A DNA stretch of 64,000 nt, from assembly GCA_036500405.1 (NCBI GenBank), contig DASYCD010000256.1, positions 5,816 through 69,815 of the forward strand, in the 5' to 3' direction. Source of the DNA: Bryobacteraceae bacterium. Lineage in GTDB: Bacteria > Acidobacteriota > Terriglobia > Bryobacterales > Bryobacteraceae. Positions 1 to 7,979 of the stretch are shown piece after piece. Position 1 is the stretch's first letter. Every line of letters begins with the position of its first letter. The translations under genes and the position numbers were made by a program. A model generated the notes under the pieces. It did not search any database. It worked only from the letters and a program-made list of their open reading frames with translations, and had not been told where the DNA came from.

Positions 1-402
1 CGGCACATGCGCACGATCGTGCGCGAGATGAAGCAGCTCACGGTACTCGGCAAGGAAGAATTGATGCATGAAGCGAAGTTGCTGCAGGCGCCGTTCGAAC
101 TGGTGGAGTGGGTCGCGGAGAATGGCAAGCTGCCGGTACCGAATTTCTCGGCGGGCGGCATTGCGACTCCGGCCGATGCGGCGCTCGTGATGCACCTCGG
201 CGCGGAAGCGGTGTTTGTGGGTTCTGGCATTTTCAAGAGCGAGGATCCGGCCGCGCGCGCGAAGGCGATCGTGATGGCGACGACCTATTACAAAGATCCG
301 CAGAAGCTGCTCGAAGCGAGTGAAGGACTCGGCAACGCGATGCCCGGTCTTGAAATCTCGAAGCTGCCCGAGAGCGAGCTGATGCAGACTCGCGGCTGGT
401 AA
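1..402 (+). CDS. pdxS: Pyridoxal 5'-phosphate synthase lyase subunit PdxS (5' end outside window)
   Basis: The frame is open from base 1. The C-terminal sequence [33 protein letters not shown] is typical of PdxS/SNZ. pdxT follows 6 nt downstream. Confidence 0.9.
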   Translation, partial: RHMRTIVREMKQLTVLGKEELMHEAKLLQAPFELVEWVAENGKLPVPNFSAGGIATPADAALVMHLGAEAVFVGSGIFKSEDPAARAKAIVMATTYYKDPQKLLEASEGLGNAMPGLEISKLPESELMQTRGW

Positions 403-408
403 TCGGTA

Positions 409-999
409 ATGCCCGAAAAGAAAAAGCGCGTCGGAGTCCTCGCTCTGCAGGGGGACTTCGAAGCGCATGCGAAAGCCATTCAATCCGCAGGCGGCGAAGC
501 AGTCGAATGCCGGACTGCGCAGGACCTCGGCTCCGTTGATGGGCTCGTCATTCCGGGGGGCGAGAGCACCACCATGCTCAAGCTCCTCAACATGATGGAT
601 CTGATGGAGCCGCTTTCCGAATTTGTGCGTACAAAGCCGGTCTTCGGAACGTGCGCGGGCGCGATCCTGCTCGCGAAAGAAGTTACGAACCCGCCTCAGC
701 AAAGCCTGAATGCAATGGACCTGACCGTGGAGCGCAATGCATATGGGCGTCAGATTGACAGTTGTGTGACGAACCTTTCACCGGCCCCGGAATTTCAACA
801 GAGGGCGGGCGAAGGTGATGTGGAAGCGGTATTCATCCGCGCTCCGAAAATCCGCCGCACGGGACCGGAAGTGAAAGTGCTTGCAGAGTATGATGGAGAC
901 CCCGTGCTTGTGGAGCAAGGGCGGCATTTGGTAGCTACTTTCCACCCGGAACTCACTAAAGATTCGAGGGTACACCGATTATTTCTCAGCAAGCTCTGA
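409..999 (+). CDS. pdxT: Pyridoxal 5'-phosphate synthase glutaminase subunit PdxT
   Basis: VGVLALQGDFEAH, IPGGESTT, FGTCAG (nucleophile Cys) and TFHPEL (His-Glu) match the class I amidotransferase triad. It forms the canonical pdxS-pdxT pair. Confidence 0.9.
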   Translation: MPEKKKRVGVLALQGDFEAHAKAIQSAGGEAVECRTAQDLGSVDGLVIPGGESTTMLKLLNMMDLMEPLSEFVRTKPVFGTCAGAILLAKEVTNPPQQSLNAMDLTVERNAYGRQIDSCVTNLSPAPEFQQRAGEGDVEAVFIRAPKIRRTGPEVKVLAEYDGDPVLVEQGRHLVATFHPELTKDSRVHRLFLSKL

Positions 1000-1406
1000 A
1001 GCGCGTCGTCTTTGTCTGCATCGGTAATGTTTGCCGAAGCCCCATGGCGGAGGGTTTCGCGAACTGTTACGGGGCGGACATTCTCTTTGCGGAGAGCCGC
1101 GGTCTCGCGCCCGTGCCCAAAGTCCCGAGCCATGGCATTGCGGCGATGCGGGAGAAGAATATCGATATTTCGAAGCACGTCTCGAAGCGCTACGATCCGT
1201 CGGTCGCGGCGCTCGCCGATCTGGTGGTCAACATGTCGGGATACCCCTTGCCAGGCGTGCAGCCGAGGAAGACGCTGGTGTGGCAGGTGGTCGATCCGTA
1301 TGGCAGATCGCTCCAGGAATTTCAGCAGACGCGCGATTTTCTGGAGGACCAGGTGATGAATCTGATTCTCGAATTGCGGCGGCAATCGAGAGCGCAGGGC
1401 GCTTAG
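996..1406 (+). CDS. Low-molecular-weight protein-tyrosine phosphatase (LMW-PTP/Wzb-like); proposed CTG start
   Basis: The track ORF 1044..1406 lacks the catalytic loop. The same frame is open back to TAA 957-959 and reads (CTG)KRVVFVCIGNVCRSPMAEGF, which contains the C-X5-R-S P-loop. A DPYG Asp loop lies downstream. No ATG, GTG or TTG is available upstream. Confidence 0.7.
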   Translation: MKRVVFVCIGNVCRSPMAEGFANCYGADILFAESRGLAPVPKVPSHGIAAMREKNIDISKHVSKRYDPSVAALADLVVNMSGYPLPGVQPRKTLVWQVVDPYGRSLQEFQQTRDFLEDQVMNLILELRRQSRAQGA

Positions 1407-1433
1407 GCTGAAGCAAACCGACAGTCCGTCGTA

Positions 1434-3319
1434 CTACATCACCTCGAAATCGACCGTGCGCGTCGCGGTCTGCTGACTCGCCGGAATCATTGCGCGCACC
1501 TCCAAACGATATGACCCGGAAGGAAGCCGATCCAGAGGCAGATGCGTCGCGAACGGCACGACCGGATTACCTGCATGGACATAGTTCTGCAGGCTGACTA
1601 CGTCCGAACACCCCAGGCGAACGCCCGTCTTCCGGTCTACAATGCAATACTCCATCTTCAGCCCGGAGGGGTCGCTCGCTCCCGGATCGTAGAATTCCGT
1701 GTAGAAATAAGCCGGGCCGGATTTCTGAAATTTGTTCGTCGCGGCGGGAACGAATTGCTCACCGCCTGCAATCAGCGGACCCTGCCCTTCCAGAATCGGC
1801 GCGAGCAACGCCGCCGGATCCACGCGCTGAGCGTCTCTGCTTAACACGAGGCTTCCCATTTCAAGACTCTGGGGCTTCCACGCGTCCACTTGCAGCGGCA
1901 TCTCCACTTTGCCGAAGGCGTTTGGACCCGCGCCAATTTCCAGCCGGAAAACATATGTTCCTGGCGTCACGAAGAACTGCTGCTCGTAATGATAAGGCGT
2001 CTTCATGAAAGCGTCGGCGCTTTGCTGATTCTCTCTATCGACATCGATGCTATCGGCGAAACGCTCGGCCGTGGCGCGATCGGGCCGCAACGCGGCGCCA
2101 ACAATATCGATCTCGCCATGCAATCCCTTTTTGTCATCCGTGAATTTCATGCCGGCAGGAACGAAATCAGCCGCCAGGCGAACGCTCGCCCGGTTGGAGC
2201 CCGCATAGAAATAGGGAAGCTGCATGGCAATCCTCAGCGTCCCTGCAACTTCGCCCGCCGCGCCTGATTCCAGCGACTGACCGGCTATCTTGCCGGCCAC
2301 TACGTCGGGCTGCTTTTGCGCGCAATATTCGTTTCTGGCTCTGGCGGAGAGACCGCGTACGTTCACTGACACCCGCACTTCGTGGCAGGCGCCGGCTTTC
2401 GAAGGAGGTGGAGTGTCAGGAGGCAGCGGCGGGCGCGTGGGTGGGCGCGGCGTATTGCCGCCCCCGGAACTCGCTTCGCCACTCTCGGATCTGTCCGAAC
2501 AAACCGGCGGTCTGGGCGTTCGGCATCACGTCCGCGCTTGGCGCTGATCTGGCGGCCGTGGCGCGTGAGCAGGACGAGTATTATCGCGTTTTCTAGCATC
2601 GACGACGGGAGAAAAATATCCCACAATGGAGTAAACACCTGCGTTGGCGCGGTTGCAGGCCTCTATTCCTCCACCGTGAGATGCCGAGCCTCGGCTTAAT
2701 GAACGGATCGAAGGGCCGTCCGAATAATAAGTCCCGAAAAGAGCACCGCTTTCCGTCCCGTTGCGGGAGCCATGGAAAGACATACGGCCGCGAGCGAAGG
2801 GGAGAGTTCGTAACTCCGCGGCCCAGTCCGTATTGGCGCGCGCGCCAGCCCTACATCTGCAATGGCTTTGCTGAGCGCGGCGGGCGAAGTCGTAAAATCC
2901 TGCAATACCCGCGAGCCGACGCCGGTCATGTTCACTACCGCCATATAACGGTCCGGCCTGGCCATGCTCGCAACGAAGTTGGCAGCCGCATCTTTACTGG
3001 CCTTCTGATCGGCAATTGTCATCGCGCTGGTATCGAAGTAAAGGACAAAGTGCTTTAGTGATGTCTCAGGATCGGCGGCCGCGGGTTGCACGCTGTTGAT
3101 TTTCTGCGTCTTGCCGTCTTCCTTTATCGAGAAATCTTCCGGGGTCAATTTGACCGTGGCGGCGGTTTTTCCCGTGACGATCACGTCAACCGGCACTTCA
3201 CGCGATTCCACTCTGATAACCGGAGATTCCGCGCCGGCATGGGTTTGCGCCTGCAGGAGCGGGATGAGCGATGCGATCTCCAACGCAGCAAGCGCCCATA
3301 GAGCGACTGGCGTCTTCAC
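1434..3319 (-). pseudogene. VWA-domain protein (VWFA-related Acidobacterial domain family), apparently disrupted by several frameshifts
   Basis: ORF 2696..3319 gives the signal peptide and VWA N-terminal part, ending GRKAVLFSG. The motif continues in another frame (ORF 2526..2783: YSDGPSIRS...ACNRANAGVYSI). LFGQIREWRSEF appears in the third frame. GACHEVRVSVNVRGLSARARNEY and the rest lie in the frame of ORF 1434..2378. Confidence 0.5.
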
Positions 3320-3407
3320 TGCGGAATCTCCACGCCCGTGCTTTGCTCCGCCATCGCGGCTCCTTCCGAATCCCGCACCACCACGCGCACCAGGTATCTG
3401 CCCGGCG

Positions 3408-5015
3408 CTACTTTGAAATCGGTGGCGGAGGGAATGCCGGAATGCCGGATTGAATCCAGGCGCGAAGCGTCGCGTCTTTCAATTGCATCCGCACATCTTT
3501 CTGAATTGCGGAGATGAAGTTGCCGTTCTGATCGAAAAGCCCCACAACCAATGTCAGATTATCGAGATTGCGCCCGTCTTCCTTTCGAAACGTCAGCCTG
3601 GAGGCGTCCACATTCGCGGTTATTGTCAGAGTCGCGGCGTCGCCGTCTTTGTAGAATTTCGTTCGTAACCGGACTGGCAGATCGTCCCGCTCTTTGCTGG
3701 AGAAGAACGCTTCTTCGATTTCCCGCGTGGCGGAGTCCGCCGGGTCCGCGTTATGGATATCGGCGAAATAGCCGTTGCGCGCCTGGACGGTGAGTCCACG
3801 GTCATTTTTGAGAGTGACTTTCAGATTGTGGCGCTTGCCATCGAACCGGAGATCGGCGGGCGTGAATGCGAGCAGATAAATATACTCCGGAATCGATTCC
3901 GCGCGTTGAATCCCGGCATCCGGATCGTTCTCACGATAGTAAATGCCCCCCGAGCCCGAGGTGATTTCGTCCAAAAATGCCCCGCCCTGTTGTTCGTCGA
4001 ACACAATCGGCGTGGCCGGCGCAACGCGCTTCTCCGCTGTTTGGCCATCTGAGTCGATCACACCGCGTGGATCCACTCCGTTGATGACAACCTGCGCGCG
4101 GATGGCAGCCGCCAAAATATCTTTGAATTGCCGCCGGTATCTGTCTGGCACATAGATTCCCGGTGAAAGCAGAAGAATCGAGCGTTGCCCCGGCAAAACC
4201 GAGATTTTAGCGACCAGGTTCTGCAATGCCTGAAAGTACGCCGTCTCGTCCTTTTCCCCCCAGTTCTGCATGATGTACCACATCTCGGCAGGCGATCCTT
4301 TGCAACCCGGTATGTCGTCGTCATTTTGATAAAGCTTCATGTCGAGGTTGTAATATGTGACGCGGCAGTGGCGCTGGCCGTCTCCCAGCCGGTAATGGGA
4401 ATTTGCGTCAACCGAGTTGATGCTCACCAGCGCGTTTCGCAGCTTCTGCCGATCGCCGGTGAAATCGAGTGTGGTCTTCCCGGAGGCTGAGTAGACAGCG
4501 ACGCGTTCCTCCGGACGAAGAGTGTCCACGTAGTGGAGCGCGGCGTTGCGCCCTCTCACTAAGTCAACGACGCTGAGGCTCACATCATCCAGCAGCATGC
4601 CCACGTACCGGTTCGCCAGTTGGGCCGTAATTTCGGGACTTTGACGCTCCAGACTGCCCGCTCTGTTTTTCAGCACATCATTCGCGTCGAATTTTTCAAT
4701 CGAGAACCGAGAGATCGTCTCGGGTTTACCGTTATCGAATACCTGAAAATCTTCCGCCCGGAGCGCGCCTACAGCGTGTCCGCTGTTGTCGCGCACCACG
4801 ACCGGAACCTGGACCAGATTGGAAGATGACGTAAACACCGCGGCTGCCTGGCTGGATGTGACTTCGGGGCCGGCCTGATTCGATGCGTCTGTTTGTCCTT
4901 TTGCAATGGAAGACGGCAGAATCGACAGAAAGACGGCCAGAACGGAAGCAAAGAGCGCCGCGCCGAATACTGGCCTATGTCGCTCACGGCGATGTCCTGC
5001 CACGGTCTGGGGCAT
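3408..5015 (-). CDS. VWA-domain protein (VWFA-related Acidobacterial domain family), secreted or membrane-anchored
   Basis: It has an N-terminal hydrophobic anchor. VPVVVRDNSGHAVGALRAEDFQVFDNGKPETI is the typical family N-terminal motif. The VWA core is GQRSILLLSPG. It is a paralogue of 12401..13570. Confidence 0.8.
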   Translation of the reverse strand: MPQTVAGHRRERHRPVFGAALFASVLAVFLSILPSSIAKGQTDASNQAGPEVTSSQAAAVFTSSSNLVQVPVVVRDNSGHAVGALRAEDFQVFDNGKPETISRFSIEKFDANDVLKNRAGSLERQSPEITAQLANRYVGMLLDDVSLSVVDLVRGRNAALHYVDTLRPEERVAVYSASGKTTLDFTGDRQKLRNALVSINSVDANSHYRLGDGQRHCRVTYYNLDMKLYQNDDDIPGCKGSPAEMWYIMQNWGEKDETAYFQALQNLVAKISVLPGQRSILLLSPGIYVPDRYRRQFKDILAAAIRAQVVINGVDPRGVIDSDGQTAEKRVAPATPIVFDEQQGGAFLDEITSGSGGIYYRENDPDAGIQRAESIPEYIYLLAFTPADLRFDGKRHNLKVTLKNDRGLTVQARNGYFADIHNADPADSATREIEEAFFSSKERDDLPVRLRTKFYKDGDAATLTITANVDASRLTFRKEDGRNLDNLTLVVGLFDQNGNFISAIQKDVRMQLKDATLRAWIQSGIPAFPPPPISK

Positions 5016-5176
5016 TTTCCTGCTTTGCCAGAAGCACGGGCGGCCATCGGGGAGGAAAGCATGTCCGGGCCGTCGAGCGCCGCGTCGCTGCTCCCATTAT
5101 CTTAGGGCAAAGGACGGCAATGAAGAATACACCCAAGCCTGTAAATTGGCTCAAAATGCTCTGTAGATTCCGATTC

Positions 5177-6763
5177 CTAGCGCGAAATCTTCAGCAGGAC
5201 GACGCCGTGAGATGGAACTTCCGCCCAGATTGCGTCGGAGCCCGTGCCTCGATCGGCATGCGCCCAAAGATCGCGTACCTTCTGTGAACCGGTAAGGCCA
5301 AGTTCAGACCATTTCGCTGTCACCCTGGCGGTTGCGGCGCCGCGATTGAAAAGACCAACGGCGAGGCTGCCATCCGCTAGCGGACGGGACCAGACTTCCA
5401 GATCGCCGTCCTTGGCAGCCCGCGTCGCCTGTTTGCCCAGTGCATCCTGATCGATCGCGACGACTTCCTTGTTCGTGAGGATATCCAGAATATCGGGCGC
5501 GACACTGCGCAGATCGTTGCCTGCCAGCAGCGGCGCGGCTAACAGACTCCAGAGACTCATGTGGGTGCGGTACTCGGTGTCGGTCATTTCTCCGTTGCCG
5601 ATTTCCAGCATGTCGGGATCGTTCCAGTGACCCGGTCCGGCGAATTTCTCGCGGCCGATTTGCTGATCGAAACCGATGGTCGACATGGAGGTCCAGTTGT
5701 CCCGAATGTCTCCCGTGGTGCGCCATGAGTTGCCGTCAACCTTCGCGCCCCATTCGCCGACATCCTGCTGGCCGTACTGGCAGAGGCTGTATACGATAGC
5801 GCGGCCGGAATCGAGAAGCGCCTGACCCATTTTTGCGTAAACGGCCGGCTGCGATGTGGGTTCATAGACCTGACTCGCGGAGCACCAGTCGTACTTGAGA
5901 TAGTCGATGCCCCATGCCGCGTAGGTTTTCGCGTCCTGCTCTTCATGCTGATAACTACCTTCGTAACCGGCGCAGGTCTTCGGGCCCGGCGAAGAGTAGA
6001 TGCCGAGTTTCAGCCCCTTGCTGTGAACGTAGTCAACCAACGCCTTCATATCGGGAAATTTCTCGTTGGGCCGGATGTTGCCTTTTTCGTCGCGGGTTCC
6101 CTGCCAGGTGTCATCGATATTGACGTAGATATATCCGGCGTCTCGCATTCCGTTCTTCACCATGGCGTCAGCGACTTCGCGGACCACCTGATCGTTCACG
6201 CCACGCTGGAATTTATTCCAGCTGTTCCAACCCATCGGAGGCGTCTTTGCGAGACCGTTCGAGCGAACCGTCGTCGTCGGCATCGGCAGAGCGATCTTAG
6301 CGGGAATGGCAGGCATAGGCGGCGGGGTCGCCGTTGAGACTCGCTTCGCAAGCTGCTGCACTGGCGGAGCAGCGGCGCCGGGAGCTGGAGGATTACCGAA
6401 TCCGAAGCCACCGCCACGGCCGCGTCCAAAACCGCCGCGGCCACCTCCGGCGGGCACTTTCAGCAGCAGCCCTTCCGGCGTGATGGCGCCAGTGTATGCG
6501 ACCTTTGCATTTCCATTCGGCGTCCGGCGCGTGACGTTGAACGTGACTTCATTGCCCTTCACGATTCCGTCGGAGATGGCCTCCGGCGTCTGTCCGCCGA
6601 TATAACCGGTGAAGACATCGCCTTTGGCGACGATGAAATAGTCGGTCTCAGTAGCCTGGCCGCCCCGGCCCTGAGTGGTGGCGGTCCACTTTCCCGTGAG
6701 GTCTGCCGCGAGAAGGCTTTGCGCCATGAGCGCGCCGAGAATGCAGAGAGTGACCTTTGTCAT
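5177..6763 (-). CDS. Glycoside hydrolase family 27 alpha-galactosidase with N-terminal extra domain and Gly/Arg-rich linker
   Basis: PPMGWNSWNKF, YVNIDDTWQ, GLKLGIYSSPG and IDYLKYDWC are GH27 signatures. A signal peptide is followed by about 85 aa of beta-rich sequence and then GGGRGGFGRGRGGGFGFG. Confidence 0.85.
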   Translation of the reverse strand: MTKVTLCILGALMAQSLLAADLTGKWTATTQGRGGQATETDYFIVAKGDVFTGYIGGQTPEAISDGIVKGNEVTFNVTRRTPNGNAKVAYTGAITPEGLLLKVPAGGGRGGFGRGRGGGFGFGNPPAPGAAAPPVQQLAKRVSTATPPPMPAIPAKIALPMPTTTVRSNGLAKTPPMGWNSWNKFQRGVNDQVVREVADAMVKNGMRDAGYIYVNIDDTWQGTRDEKGNIRPNEKFPDMKALVDYVHSKGLKLGIYSSPGPKTCAGYEGSYQHEEQDAKTYAAWGIDYLKYDWCSASQVYEPTSQPAVYAKMGQALLDSGRAIVYSLCQYGQQDVGEWGAKVDGNSWRTTGDIRDNWTSMSTIGFDQQIGREKFAGPGHWNDPDMLEIGNGEMTDTEYRTHMSLWSLLAAPLLAGNDLRSVAPDILDILTNKEVVAIDQDALGKQATRAAKDGDLEVWSRPLADGSLAVGLFNRGAATARVTAKWSELGLTGSQKVRDLWAHADRGTGSDAIWAEVPSHGVVLLKISR

Positions 6764-6888
6764 TGTTTTGAAACCCCTTCCAGTGTATGACGGTTGCGCC
6801 GGGCGGACAGCTGACGGCCCGCCTCGGAAGTTCCGAACTCATGCGAACGCATGTGGGGCAGGGTGGAATCCGGGGTGGAATCCTGCCG

Positions 6889-6945
6889 CCGATTGTAAAT
6901 CGGCTTCTACGATCAACGGCTACCGACCTGCCGATTCACAATCGG
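6889..6945. promoter_or_regulatory. Two copies of the palindrome CCGATT-N3-AATCGG, 42 bp centre to centre, upstream of the alpha-galactosidase gene
   Basis: CCGATTgtaAATCGG lies at 6889-6903 and CCGATTcacAATCGG at 6931-6945. They are flanked by the 13-nt inverted repeat TGCCGCCGATTGT (6884-6896) / ACAATCGGCGGCA (6938-6950). Confidence 0.3.
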
Positions 6946-6978
6946 CGGCAGACTGCCAGTCCGCCCCACCGGTTCACA

Positions 6979-7959
6979 CTAGTCGCGGCCTTCGGTGCCC
7001 TGCACCCAATGAGGCGCCGGCTGGACAAAACCAGCGATGGCCTTGTACAAACGCAAGGCGGGAAGCCGGGTGGAATCCGGGGGATGATCGATGCCGCCAG
7101 GGCCATTCATTTCGATACGGTGATTGGAGAGAGATAGTGCGGGGGCTGGGCCGGCAAGCGTCGACCATTGAATGGTGATCTTTAAATAGTTATTGGACGA
7201 GAAGCTTGCCGCGGGCAGCAGAAAGCGCTGCCATTCCTCCACCTGGTCGTAAGGCATCCGCCATTCTCCCAGCCAGCCTTCGTTCTCGATGCTGCTCAAC
7301 TGGACGGACAAGGAGCCCGAGGAGCCTGCGGAGCGTCGAAAGTGCAGATCCAGTTGCGACAGACCTCGCAGTTGGTGCGGAAACCCGAAAACGGCGACGT
7401 TGCCCTTATCCTCCGGCGCCCATATTTCACCCGCGGGCTCCAGGAAAGCGACGATCCATGGCTTGCCCGGTATTGCCTTCGATTTCAGCTCCGCGATCAG
7501 CGCATCGGCGGTCTCCACCTGCGTTCGCAGCGACAGGATCTGATCGTGTAGATCCACATTGGATTGCGTCACCCGCCTGTTCATTTCCTTGAAATGTCCC
7601 AGCATCGCCCGCATAACAGCCAGGCCCAAATTTGCCAGGCCAGGTTCACCGTCCATCGGTTCTATCATCGGAGCTGGCAGCCCCCCTGCCCCGGCCCACC
7701 ATGCCGATAAGGCGCGAAGCTGCTCCCGGCCGGCGGACGACTGCGCCACGAACACACAGGAAGATGTGGGAGGCGACGAAAACTCATCAAGACTTGCCTG
7801 TTCGCCGCTCAGCGATTGAAAGCCTGACGCCTCGTCGAACAGAACAACCGGAATCCCGGTTAACGCAGCGAGATCACTCGCCAGGTGTGAGTCGCTGGAT
7901 CCGAGGATCATCAAGGCGCCCGAACCGAAAAGACTGTATGCCAATGTTGTGCGATTCAT
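6979..7959 (-). CDS. Hypothetical protein with central coiled-coil segment, partner of the GT2 gene
   Basis: This 326-aa ORF starts 20 nt downstream of the GT2 stop. It contains a heptad-like stretch, DLHDQILSLRTQVETADALIAELKSK. I recognise no family. Confidence 0.45.
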   Translation of the reverse strand: MNRTTLAYSLFGSGALMILGSSDSHLASDLAALTGIPVVLFDEASGFQSLSGEQASLDEFSSPPTSSCVFVAQSSAGREQLRALSAWWAGAGGLPAPMIEPMDGEPGLANLGLAVMRAMLGHFKEMNRRVTQSNVDLHDQILSLRTQVETADALIAELKSKAIPGKPWIVAFLEPAGEIWAPEDKGNVAVFGFPHQLRGLSQLDLHFRRSAGSSGSLSVQLSSIENEGWLGEWRMPYDQVEEWQRFLLPAASFSSNNYLKITIQWSTLAGPAPALSLSNHRIEMNGPGGIDHPPDSTRLPALRLYKAIAGFVQPAPHWVQGTEGRD

Positions 7960-7979
7960 CGATCCTGCACTCCCCCGGT

